Shown here: positions 1 through 10,404 of the stretch, one piece after another
How positions within the stretch are numbered: position 1 is the stretch's first letter
Layout of the letters: each line of letters opens with the position of its first letter
Assembly (NCBI GenBank): GCA_023245855.1
Contig: JAHFJL010000001.1
Span: 19,975-83,974 of the forward strand
Direction: 5' to 3'
Length of the DNA stretch: 64,000 nt
Source of the DNA: a bacterium
GTDB lineage: Bacteria > Patescibacteriota > Gracilibacteria > Absconditabacterales > Absconditicoccaceae
Program-made: the position numbers and the translations under genes
The notes under the pieces: generated by a model
What the model was told of the DNA's origin: nothing
The model's input: only the letters and a program-made list of their open reading frames with translations
The model's database searches: none

Positions 1-1
1 G

Positions 2-1837
2 GGAGGTTCTTGTGTACTTGTAACCCAAGCAATCGTCAATAACGCATGCATCAACTATCAATATAATAATTCACTCGGATGAATAACAACCGGTCAAACC
101 TGCAGCTCAGTCAATGCAGCGATTACCCTTCCTCCTGTCGTGGCAAGTGGATGACAATGCCAATCCTTGACTCCGCTCAATGGAACTATCGCACTCGTAA
201 ATTCAAATGGAAATGCATCTAGTATGTTTAGATGTTCAACTACCAGCTGAACAACCGCACAAAATATCACTATCAATTGTTGAGATGGTAATATACATAC
301 CGCGACTAATGTTTCCACTTTGGATGCGACATGTATCTATACTAATGTCAGCACACCTCACACCTATCCTGTTTCCTGTTCTGTCGACGGAGCAACCTCA
401 CCTGCTTGTCAGCAAAATCTAATCGCTGATCAGTGAACATTCTGAAGATGCGGTGATGGTATCCGTCAATGATATGAACAATGCGACGATGGAAATCTCA
501 ATTGAAGTTCTCAATCAAGTTGTTCTGTAGGATGTAATCTTAACTCTACTACAGCAGGACTTGCAGGATGTTTCAATATCGGCGATGCCAACATCTCTGT
601 ACAAGAAAATGAACTCTTGCCGTTTTGGCGAACCGTTGATGGCGATCAAAACGCAGTCTCCACTTGTGATTCTCTCAACACAAATAAAGTGCAAGCAGAT
701 AGTCTGCAATGTGTATTCCAAATATACAACAGCAATGGTGTAGCGGGCAACACTATCAATGTCCCATGCAAACAGCAAAATTCTGCTGCTATCTTCGATT
801 ACTTCAGCAGCATCGGAGTCTCATCAATGCTTGATGCATACGGAAAATTTTATACTCCTATAGATAGTAGTATAACTAACGGAATGTATGGAGAATATAA
901 AATCAGGCTTCAGGAAGTCAAATATAACTACTGTAATGGCACTACCTTTGTAAGCTGATCACCGCTCCAAAGGGTCTGTGAAACTAATTTCACTGTTACC
1001 AAACCTTATCTCGCACAGAAGAATTCCTTTGGTCTGACGCCTAAAGCTACGAATATCAGACTCGATGGATACAGCACATTGAATGGAACGAATCTGATCG
1101 ACAGTACGGATCTTTCTGACATCATGATACTCAATGAATCAGCATACGCTCCTGGAAATAACATTCAAGCGATGATCAATACCTTCATCACCAAATATGA
1201 TAAGCTCGCTATCCCTGTTCCTCAAAGCTCATTGAAAAATACGGCTTTTGATGGATTAGATATCACAGTAAAAATCGTCCCTCAACAGAAAATCTATATC
1301 TTACAATCTGACACCAAGAAGACGATTACCTTGAAAAACATCACTTCATTTACCGCTCCGTTTACGATCGTCACAAATAATATCGATCTTATAATCAAGG
1401 GAGATGTGAATTATAATGGTATGTTCTTGGTCAAAGGAGGAACGATCTCGTTTGAAAAATCAGATGATATCGTAGGTAATGATAGATGTCCTACTACGCA
1501 GACCGTCAAATGAATATTTGTTACTGACGGCGGATTTGTCGGCTGAGCACCACTCGCAAATACTGATGCCAATCAAAATCGATGTTCTCATGGAGGTTTA
1601 TACGTCAAATGAGTTTTGATCGGCGATAATGTTGAAAGCATCGTCCAATCCAGAAGATCACAGCTCAATCATCGGTTTATAGCTGGCGGATCATCTGACG
1701 CAGCAATCAAAGCTGAAAGAAGAAATGAGATTTTCAACGGTGCTGCTGTACTCATAGAATACAGTCCAAGTCTATGGAGTTCATTACCTCCAGGTGCAAG
1801 CGAATTTACAACTGCATTGAATATCTACAAGCAATAA
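2..1837 (+). CDS. Secreted cysteine-rich-repeat surface protein, C-terminal 611 aa (5' end outside window)
   Basis: Sequence from base 2 plus track fragments 617-958, 1079-1513 and 1616-1837 form one frame interrupted only by TGA. The motif RCGDGIRQGYEQCDDGNLNG (about 440-510) fits the Myxococcus-type Cys-rich repeat, with TGA at conserved Gly positions. TAA stop at 1835-1837. Confidence 0.7.
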
Positions 1838-1927
1838 AAATAGCCGAAAGCTAAAAGCTTGAAGCGAAAAGCAGCAAAACAGAAAAGAGGCGGAGAGTAT
1901 CTGTCTCTTTTTTTATTTATCTTTTTT

Positions 1928-1995
1928 GTCCTCCTTTGTGAAGGAGGGGCTTGTCCTTTGCGAAGTCAAAGGGAACCCAAAGGGTGGAGGATTTA
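1928..1995. repeat. GC-rich hairpin cluster (REP-like), probable terminator of upstream gene
   Basis: Hairpins cctcctt-tgtg-aaggagg (1930-1947) and cctttg-cgaagt-caaagg (1955-1972), followed by a T-rich tract. GC-rich in AT-rich surroundings. Track ORFs 1859-2132 are just translations of it. Confidence 0.5.
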
Positions 1996-2104
1996 TTTTT
2001 TTCTTTTTTTATTTCAAATTCCTTTTCTTTCGGCTTCTCCTTTATCCACGAAAGTGTTTTTTCATAAATTATTTTTCAAAACACAAAAATAAACCAAATA
2101 TTTA

Positions 2105-2139
2105 CTTGACATTGTTTAGTAAATATTTATAAAATTAAA
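2105..2139 (+). promoter_or_regulatory. Sigma70-like promoter candidate
   Basis: TTGACA (2105-2110), 17-18 nt spacer, then ATAAAAT. Lies about 40 nt upstream of ATG 2178. Confidence 0.45.
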
Positions 2140-2177
2140 CATTCAATCCAAACTTTTATACTTAATATATCGCACAC

Positions 2178-4424
2178 ATGAAACTTTTCTCTTTAAAAAC
2201 GCTCTTAGGTTTGTTTCTCGTAACCCTTGCAGGAGTGATAGTATGAAACGGTGGTGCGCAAGTTTTTGCGTATGATAGTTTATACTATACAGGAAACTTT
2301 ACTCCAGCAAATTGTGACCCTACGCTTATGAACGTAGTCAATCTTTCTGGTGTTTCATTTGTGGGTGGAAACTTAGCTGTTAACAGCATCTATGTATTCG
2401 ATGCAGGGAATTACACTATCCCAGCAGGGAATATTACGCTTAATGGAAATTGTATTTCCATGGTAGCAAATGGAGACACTCCAGGAAATGTAGTGCTTAA
2501 TTTTGCGGGAGGCGGATATATCTCCAGCAATGGATTCAGTAATCTTATGATTGCGGGTTTTGATGCTACTCACATGATCACCTCTGATTTCCTTTGGAGT
2601 TCTTTCTTAGGAATCTATCTTCAGAACTGATCTAATGCAACGATTAAAAACGTATCTATGAATGATACAGTGACTAACGGAGCATGAATCGCAATTGAGA
2701 ATTTTAGCTGAGGAACGATCTCAAATACTACTTTATCCGGAAATCGTTCACTAGGATTGACTTTGAATGCCTCTTCTAATATCACTATTACGAACAATAC
2801 ATTTACGGATAACAATGTTTGACTTTCATTGCAACTTGCTTCTTTAAACAACACTATTTCCAACAATACCGCAAATTTCAATACGGACAAAGGTATCTGG
2901 TTACAAGCTTGAGCTAATGGCAATACGATTTCTAACAACACTATAAACAATAATACTAATTATGGAACACTTTTGGAAGGGGTATCAGGTTCTCTGGTCT
3001 CTAACAATACCATCACGAATCAAACCCTTGGAATCTGATTAGCACTATCTTCAAATAGCAATCAAAACAATGTTATCTCCAGCAATACGGTTACTGCTAA
3101 TTTTATCGGAGTATATATTGATGCAGCAAAAAGCAATTCATTTTCAAATAATATTATCTCTTCAAACGCTAACTGGGGATTAAACCTTGTGAATACTGCT
3201 ACAGGGAATATTTTCACTTCAGATATGCTCTCTTCAAATACTAATGAAAACATAGATATCTCCAATGCGCACAACAATCAATTTATCAACACTACGATAC
3301 AAAGTTCTGCATTAGGTATCAATCTCATCAATGCAAATTTCAATGTTTTTTCTGGTGTAAATGTAGCAGGTAATACCAGTGGAATAACCCTTACCACTTC
3401 ATCAAACAACACGTTAAATCTTGTAAACAATACTAATGGCATCTCATTGTATGCTGGATCAAATACCAACAACGTCATCAATACTCAAGTTGTCGGGCAG
3501 AATATGATCACTATCGTAAATGGATCTAGCAACATCATCACAGGATGACTCTTTGGTGCGAGTTCTACTACGAGCTCAGCAGTAAATATCACCCTCAAAA
3601 ATAATCAATGAAGTCCAACGTATGACATCACTTGATCAGGATTAAGTGGAAGCTATGCTGGCTTAATGAGCGGTTCTTCACAAACATTCGCTATCAATCT
3701 CACTTCTGGTCTTTGAACAAAAAATATTCTTGTCACCTATAATAATGGAAATAAACAATACGATACTCTCACTCTTAATGCTGTTCCTCCTCCCCCAGAT
3801 GGCGGTTGAGGTTGATGAGGAGGAGGTGGTTGAGGCGGATTTGTAGCTCCCACAACATGAACTACTACTCAAACAAACATATTTACTGGGATTTCTCTTC
3901 CTGTATGAAATATTGTAGGATCACCATATACGACTGAAATGAATAGTGCTTATCTCTGGGCATATGCAAATGGCATCACCACTATGGATACTATCCAACA
4001 AGCAGATATGGAAGGTAAACTTCTTAGATCACATATGGCAAAAATGATGAGTAATTTTGCGATAAAATTATGAGGACTTATTCCAAATACTTGAGCGCAA
4101 TGTGAATTTACAGACATTGAAAATCAAACTACTGAAATGAAATTCTATATTAAACTTTCATGTCAGCTTTGACTTATGGGTGTAGGTATCACTACTTTCG
4201 ATCCTAATAGCGAAGTGACCAGAGCTCAATTTGGTACTGTTTTATCGAGATTAATCTGGGGAACAACATATAACAATACAACTCCTTATTATCTTTCACA
4301 TTTGAATGCACTTAAAAATGCGGGCATTATGACAATCATCTCAGATCCAAGTATGGAGGAAATCAGAGGGTTTGTTTTGATCATGATGAAAAGGACATAT
4401 GATTGAGGATTTTTAAATAATTAG
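2178..4424 (+). CDS. Secreted parallel beta-helix (PbH1/NosD-like) repeat protein with poly-Gly linker and C-terminal SLH-like repeats
   Basis: ATG 2178 with signal-peptide-like MKLFSLKTLLGLFLVTLAGVIV. Track fragments 2328-2630, 3189-3548 and 4176-4406 are the same frame joined through TGA; I checked 2631-3188 and 3549-4175 and found no TAA/TAG. Many N..IS.N.......GI repeats. G13 linker at 3801-3839. SLH-like segment FDPNSEVTRAQFGTVLSRL. TAG stop at 4422-4424. Confidence 0.8.
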
Positions 4425-4566
4425 GGGAAAGCAGAAAGCAGAAAGGGACAAGGAACAAGGTGAAAGGAACATGGGATGAGGCGAAAGTATAAAGTTTTAC
4501 ATTATAAATTATACACTCTAAATTATACCTTATAAATTATAATTTCTGAATTTTTAATTCATCAAA

Positions 4567-4596
4567 AATGAGCACTTCGGTGTTCATTTTTTTTTG
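4567..4596 (+). terminator. Rho-independent terminator
   Basis: Stem atgagcac / gtgttcat (one G-U pair) with ttcg loop, followed by T9. Confidence 0.6.
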
Positions 4597-4734
4597 TTAA
4601 AAATATTACGAAAAATGAAAATCATATGTTATCTAAAATCATCAGCGTGTATATAAATCAAAACGTAGTTCATAAGCCAGAAAAATATATTATATCACCT
4701 AACTCATCTTCTTGCTATTTTCTTCCAATTATAC

Positions 4735-4768
4735 TTGACAATTATCAGGAAATATTTATACATAACTT
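4735..4768 (+). promoter_or_regulatory. Sigma70-like promoter candidate upstream of adhesin block
   Basis: TTGACA (4735-4740), N16, then TATACA. The context tacTTGACA...AAATATTTATA is nearly identical to the element at 2103-2135. Confidence 0.35.
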
Positions 4769-5121
4769 ACTGCGGTAAGTATACCGACAGAACTGACCCT
4801 GGGAAATATTATGTTTCCCTAGGTAGATCCTTAACAAAATCACTAACCAAAAAAACTTATGAAAGGAGCAAAAAGATCATGACTCTAAAATTTTTGGTTA
4901 ACAACATAAAATATATCTTTGAGATTAAAAATAAAATGCTTTTGATACATCATAGAAAAATCTATGCAGAAGATCTTATTTTTTATTCGGGATAATTTTG
5001 TGCTGTTGACTAGCGTTTATAGGCTTTCTGAATATTGCCTGCTTGCGCGTAAATAAATACAAGCGAAAAAAAAATTCTGTCACTAAACCTGAAACAAAAA
5101 AACAAATTAAATCCAAAAATT

Positions 5122-5892
5122 ATGAAAAAAATCATGTATCTGTTGGTTCTGATGATCATTACGATATCAGCCCAACTGGTTACCGCGCAAACCGTAACCA
5201 TCGCTACAAATCCAAATCCGGCCGATATCTGTGCTGGAAGCGGTACCATTGTGTCGCTAACTGCTAATCCTACGGGTGGGATAGTCATGGGATATTCATG
5301 GTCAAATGGTGGAAACACTCAGACGATCAATGTATCTCCTCTTGCTACCACTCCTTACACGGTTACTGTTACCTTTTTGGGTGGCTTTACTGCTACTGCT
5401 TCACAAACTGTCACTGTCCTGCTTTCACCTACACCAACAATCACTGCAGGTGGTTCATTAAACATCTGCATCGGAAATTCGGTTACACTCACTTCATCTG
5501 CTGCTGCTTCATATCAGTGGTATTTGAATGGTACAATCATTCTCGGTGCAACATTACAAACATACTCAGCTTCTACCTCTGGTTCTTACCAGGTATTCGT
5601 AACTGTAGGCACTTGTACTGGTATGTCACTTGCTTCTGTGGTAACGGCAAATCCATTACCCACTGCAACTGTCACACCTTTAGGTCCTCTTACTACGTGC
5701 TGGGGAACACCTATCACTTTAACTGCCGCTGTCGGTGTTGGTTATAATTATCAATGGCAAATGTCTCCCAATGGACTTGTTCCATGGACAAATATTATTG
5801 GTGAAACCAATCAGACTACAAATATCAATACAACCGGCTATTATCGTGTACAAGTGATTGACGCAAATGGATGCGTAAATTATTCATTGTAA
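5122..5892 (+). CDS. Secreted Ig-like repeat protein (Bacteroidota-style adhesin family)
   Basis: Uninterrupted 256-aa ORF with signal peptide MKKIMYLLVLMIITISAQLVTAQ. Thr/Gly-rich Ig-like modules carry YQW..NG..I.GAT..tY motifs. No in-frame TGA. TAA stop. Confidence 0.75.
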   Translation: MKKIMYLLVLMIITISAQLVTAQTVTIATNPNPADICAGSGTIVSLTANPTGGIVMGYSWSNGGNTQTINVSPLATTPYTVTVTFLGGFTATASQTVTVLLSPTPTITAGGSLNICIGNSVTLTSSAAASYQWYLNGTIILGATLQTYSASTSGSYQVFVTVGTCTGMSLASVVTANPLPTATVTPLGPLTTCWGTPITLTAAVGVGYNYQWQMSPNGLVPWTNIIGETNQTTNINTTGYYRVQVIDANGCVNYSL

Positions 5893-5938
5893 ACATCAAC
5901 TCACTAACTCATTAAAAACTAAAAAAACGTAACTTCAT

Positions 5939-7420
5939 ATGAAAAAAATCTTCGTATTCTGTTGTTTGATGGCAATGCTTTCTACAACACAGACAATAAC
6001 AGCTCAAACTGGTATACATATCACTGTATGGCCTCAATTTGTAGCTGGGACATTATCCGGTGGTATCTCTCCATTATGTTATAATGGAGCTACTGGAATC
6101 ATTACAGGAGTCGCTCCAATAGGAGGACAAGGAGTATATACCTACCAATGGCAACAATCATTGGATGGAGGAACTACTTGGACTAATATTGGTGGCGCAA
6201 CTGGTATCAATTATGATCCTGGAAATCTTCTTGTAAGCACAATGTTCAAAAGAAATGATACAGATCCTTGCGGAACTGTACCTACCAATAACATATCAAT
6301 TATTGTATATGGGCAATTCTTAGCTGGTGTAACAACTGGCGGAACTTCTCCTATATGTAATGGTGTTTTTGGTGGCGCATTAACTTCAACTGCAGGAAGC
6401 GGTGGTGCTCCTGGCACTACGTATCAATGGCAATTATCCACTGATGCTGGAGTAACTTGGAATGATATCTTAGGGCAAACTGCCCTAACTTTGAATATCG
6501 GTGCTCTTACCCAATCTTCCTCATTCAGATTAAAATTTATCAATCCAAGTTGTGGTGCAATTTATGGTAATGTAACATCCTTTACCGTGTATGCAATATT
6601 CTCTGCAGGAACGGTAACTGGCGGTAACACTCCTATGTGCTACAATACCAATGCAGGTATTTTGACAAGTACAGCTCCAACAGGAGGTGCTCTTGGAACA
6701 ACCTTACAATGGGAAAGTTCAAATGACGGTATCACTTATATTGATATTGTTGGTCAAACTACACTTACAACCAACTTGGGTAATTTAACTCAAACTATGT
6801 GGTATCGGTTACGATACACCAATCCTTGTGGTATTACGTACAGCAATGTAAGTAATATCGTAGTGTATGCTCAATTCGTAGCGGGCACTATCTCATTGGT
6901 TGGTTTAACTCCAATCTGTAATGCTACTGATCCCGGATCATTTAATGGAACGGCTGCTGCTGGTGGTGCTCCTGGCACAACTTATCAATGGCAACAATCT
7001 GTGGATGGTGGAACAACTTGGACTAATGTCCTAGGAGCTACACTGGCTACGTACGATCCGGCTAATTTAACTATTACAACTATGTTCCGCCGTCAGGATG
7101 TGAACAGTTGTTTAACTCTTCTTACCAATATCATTACCATTACCGTTTACCCTGCATTTAATCCTGGGGTTATCGGAGTTGCTCAAACAATATGCTGGGG
7201 ATCGACACCGAATTCGTTAAATTTCACTACTCCTCCAAGTGGCGGAGATGGAACGTATACGTATCAGTGGGAATCAAGTTCTAATGGTCTTGTACCTTGG
7301 ACAACAATTCCAGCAGCTATAGCAAATACCTATCAACCACCTTCATTAACAAGTGGCATCTGGTACCATGTAGTAGTCACTAGCGGTTCAGGCTGTGGCA
7401 GTGGCCCAGCTCTTCCATAA
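5939..7420 (+). CDS. Secreted protein with five tandem ~92-aa Ig-like repeats
   Basis: Signal peptide MKKIFVFCCLMAMLSTTQTITAQ. Repeat unit is FVAGT..GG.SP.CYN...G.....A..GG.G.Y.YQWQ.S.DGGTTWTNI.GAT...Y.P.NL...TMFRR, five copies. No in-frame TGA. Confidence 0.75.
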   Translation: MKKIFVFCCLMAMLSTTQTITAQTGIHITVWPQFVAGTLSGGISPLCYNGATGIITGVAPIGGQGVYTYQWQQSLDGGTTWTNIGGATGINYDPGNLLVSTMFKRNDTDPCGTVPTNNISIIVYGQFLAGVTTGGTSPICNGVFGGALTSTAGSGGAPGTTYQWQLSTDAGVTWNDILGQTALTLNIGALTQSSSFRLKFINPSCGAIYGNVTSFTVYAIFSAGTVTGGNTPMCYNTNAGILTSTAPTGGALGTTLQWESSNDGITYIDIVGQTTLTTNLGNLTQTMWYRLRYTNPCGITYSNVSNIVVYAQFVAGTISLVGLTPICNATDPGSFNGTAAAGGAPGTTYQWQQSVDGGTTWTNVLGATLATYDPANLTITTMFRRQDVNSCLTLLTNIITITVYPAFNPGVIGVAQTICWGSTPNSLNFTTPPSGGDGTYTYQWESSSNGLVPWTTIPAAIANTYQPPSLTSGIWYHVVVTSGSGCGSGPALP

Positions 7421-7445
7421 TACATACAATAAAAAAATATACTAT

Positions 7446-9533
7446 ATGAAAAAAACAATCAAAATCCTGTTGTGTGTTGCCGTATTATTCACGGTAACCA
7501 CAGTAGGGCTCTCTCAAACGGGAGTTCAGATTACAATAAGCCCTTCCCCTACGCTACATAGCGTCATGGGAGGCGGACAATATTGCGCTGGACAACCAGG
7601 GGTATCTGTATCACTTTCAAATTCGGAAGGTAATATCAGTTATCAACTGGTACGTAACGGCATGAATACTGGTTTACCTGTAACGAATGTAATAGGAGGA
7701 ATCAACTTTGGAATACAAATTATTCCAGGGATATATACGGTTGTTGCTACGGATGTTAATACGGGTTGCTCTATCCAAATGAGTAATTCTGCAAATGTAA
7801 CAATGAATCCTATACCTTCTATTACTATGAGTGCATCTGGTCCCGTTGTTTTCTGTGGTTCAGGAACAGTTACCTTGTCAGCGAATGTTGCTGGAGGTGG
7901 TTGTACCTATCAATGGAAACATAACGGAACAGCAATCCTGGGGGCTAACCTCAATCAGTATGTAGCTAACCAAACCGGTATGTTTACCGTAGTTGCTACA
8001 AACGGAAGCGGATGTTCCAATACCCATGATACCATGGTTACTGTTAATCAGTTACCTCAACAATTCAATGTCTCTGGCAGTTCAGCAACGTTCTGTCAAG
8101 GCAGTGCCGGTGTAACTATCAATCAGAATGGCTCTCAAAACAATACCAGCTATCAATTGGTATTGAACGGGTTTTCTCAAGGAGGACCTGTAGGTGGGAA
8201 CAATTCTGCCTTAGCATGGGCAAACCAAGCTAATGCGGGTATCTATACCGTTGTTGCAACAGATAATTTAACAGGTTGCACTAACGTAATGAATGGAAGT
8301 GCAGTTGTTGCTATGGATCCTTTACCAAGTGCTGCTTCAGCTATTGTTGGAGTAATGTCTCTATGCCAAGGAGCAACATCTACATTTACTACAAATACAA
8401 TCACCAATGCAACCAGTTATGTCTGGTCAGTACCTACCGGAGCTACTATTATTTCCGGTCAAGGCACAAACATGATACAAGTTAATTTTACTGGCGCTTC
8501 CAGTGGAAACATTGGAGTGTCTGGACAAAATGCTTGTGGTAGTGGACAATCTTCTACAATTCCAATTACTATTAACTTAGCACCAACGCTTATAGTTACT
8601 GCTACGAGTACAGACATCTGTACTGGTGCAAGCACTAATTTGACAGCTAATGGTACTGGAGCAAGCTTTAATTGGACTGGAGTAGGCATAACCCAAACAA
8701 TCACAATTAGCCCTATAATAACAACAACCTATACCGTTACAGTAACTGGGAATAATTCTTGTACCGCTACTGACAATATCACGATAAATGTTCATGCATT
8801 ACCTATAGTTAGCTTAACCTTAGCTCAGGACAATTTCTGTACTGATGTTAATAGCGCTGTAATTAGTGGCGGTTTACCTGTAGGTGGTAGCTATATCGGT
8901 TCTTGCGTACTGGGTAGCAATACCGTTTACCCTCCAGTTTCAGGAACGGGAACGTATATCGTAACTTATACCTATACCAACAATTGGGGATGCGGCAGTT
9001 CTGCAACGGACAATCTAACAATCAACCCTCTCCCTACTGTAATGTTTACCAATATCACTGGACAAATATTTGTTAATACCCCGGCATTCAGTTTATCAGG
9101 GTTTGTCAGTCCAAGCGGTGGAACATTTACAGGTACTGGGATGACAGGAAGCATGTTTGATCCGGCTGTTGCTGGAGCAGGAAGTTATATGATTACTTAT
9201 ACGTATACCCATCCGATCACGGGATGCAGCGCAAGCCAAATCCAGTATATCAATATCGGAGCGGTTGGTATCAATGAAATCGCTGCTGCAACCAAAAATA
9301 TTACTCTTTACCCAAATCCAACCCATAGCCAGTTGAATTTGTCTAACATCAATACCAGGGAAATAAAAAGCATTCGCATTACTAACATTATTGGCGAGGT
9401 AGTTTCTACTACTGAAGTCATTACTGAAAATATGCAGCTTAATGTTTCCAATCTTGTACCGGCTACTTATCTTATTCAATTCATAAATGCTGACGGTATG
9501 TCTGCCAGCAAATACTTTATGAAAACTGAGTAA
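7446..9533 (+). CDS. Secreted Ig/PKD-like repeat adhesin with T9SS type A C-terminal sorting domain
   Basis: Start moved from 7395 to ATG 7446 (MKKTIKILLCVAVLF signal peptide). The C-terminal ~80 aa (ITLYPNPTHSQLNL...IRITNIIGEVV...LNVSNLVPATYLIQFINADGMSASKYFMKTE) fit the Por/T9SS CTD pattern. No in-frame TGA in 695 codons. Confidence 0.8.
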   Translation: MKKTIKILLCVAVLFTVTTVGLSQTGVQITISPSPTLHSVMGGGQYCAGQPGVSVSLSNSEGNISYQLVRNGMNTGLPVTNVIGGINFGIQIIPGIYTVVATDVNTGCSIQMSNSANVTMNPIPSITMSASGPVVFCGSGTVTLSANVAGGGCTYQWKHNGTAILGANLNQYVANQTGMFTVVATNGSGCSNTHDTMVTVNQLPQQFNVSGSSATFCQGSAGVTINQNGSQNNTSYQLVLNGFSQGGPVGGNNSALAWANQANAGIYTVVATDNLTGCTNVMNGSAVVAMDPLPSAASAIVGVMSLCQGATSTFTTNTITNATSYVWSVPTGATIISGQGTNMIQVNFTGASSGNIGVSGQNACGSGQSSTIPITINLAPTLIVTATSTDICTGASTNLTANGTGASFNWTGVGITQTITISPIITTTYTVTVTGNNSCTATDNITINVHALPIVSLTLAQDNFCTDVNSAVISGGLPVGGSYIGSCVLGSNTVYPPVSGTGTYIVTYTYTNNWGCGSSATDNLTINPLPTVMFTNITGQIFVNTPAFSLSGFVSPSGGTFTGTGMTGSMFDPAVAGAGSYMITYTYTHPITGCSASQIQYINIGAVGINEIAAATKNITLYPNPTHSQLNLSNINTREIKSIRITNIIGEVVSTTEVITENMQLNVSNLVPATYLIQFINADGMSASKYFMKTE

Positions 9534-9568
9534 ATATAGAAATAATTAACTGAAATATTCACTTAACA

Positions 9569-9599
9569 GGCGTCGGTTTTTTACCGGCGCTTTTTTTTT
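9569..9599 (+). terminator. Rho-independent terminator
   Basis: Stem ggcgtcggt / accggcgc (one wobble) followed by T9, 36 nt after the stop at 9533. Confidence 0.7.
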
Positions 9600-9912
9600 G
9601 TTTAAAATAAATCTAATGAAGTATGCTTCGTAGAAATGTAGATTTTCAAAAATATCTATTTTTCACTGATTCTGATCCAGATAAAATTTCTTTCCACTCT
9701 CATTCCTCATTCATTATTCATCATTCCTCATCCATTTTTTGGATATTCATTCATTTTATGTCAATTTCGTATTGATTTCACAACTATTTTCTATATATTC
9801 ATCCACACGTAAATTTTTTGTTTATTCAGAATTTTTGAAAACCTAATTACCACCTATAATAGCTTCAAGCATCAGGCTTCGAGCATTAAGCTTTAATATT
9901 TAAGTTATGTGT

Positions 9913-10341
9913 ATGCCTACTATCAACCAGTTACTTAAAAAATGAAGGACTAAAAGGACTTATAAATCAAAAGCTCCTGCTTTGCAGTTTGGTATCAACA
10001 AACTCGACAGCAACAAAAGAGTAGATAATCCAGCTCCTTTCAAGAGAGGGGTTTGTCTCAAAGTATCTGTCATGGGACCAAAGAAACCGAATTCAGCGCA
10101 AAGAAAATTTGCGAAGGTAAGATTATCTAATGGAGCTGAAATACTTGCATATATTCCAGGAGAATCTCATACGCTTCAAGAACACAGTGTCGTACTTGTA
10201 AGAGGATGAAGAGTAAAGGATCTTCCAGGTGTGAGATATCATATCGTCAGAGGAAAATATGATGCCAATCCTGTAGACAAGAGAAGACAATCAAGATCTC
10301 TCTACGGAGCAAAGAGACCAAAAGCAACTGTTAAAAAATAA
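9913..10341 (+). CDS. rpsL: 30S ribosomal protein S12
   Basis: [14 protein letters not shown]...[19 protein letters not shown]...[27 protein letters not shown] at 9943-9945 and 10207-10209 both sit at conserved Gly. Track ORF 9982-10209 is the internal fragment. Confidence 0.95.
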
Positions 10342-10404
10342 CATTAGGTCCTGGACGTTAGTCCTTGTACCTTGTACCTTTTACCTTGTACCTCAGTCAC
10401 TATC

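Noticed and set aside
5298-5747. 149-aa Cys/His/Trp-rich ORF in an alternative frame
   Set aside because: It lies entirely inside the adhesin gene 5122-5892 and is an off-frame translation of Thr/Gly-rich repeats.
4430-9910. Mobile-element hallmarks (integrase, transposase, att or terminal inverted repeats) at the borders of the three TGA-free blocks
   Set aside because: I found no recombinase-like ORF in any frame and no convincing flanking direct or inverted repeats. The blocks are therefore reported as compositional and coding-signal anomalies only, not as defined mobile elements.
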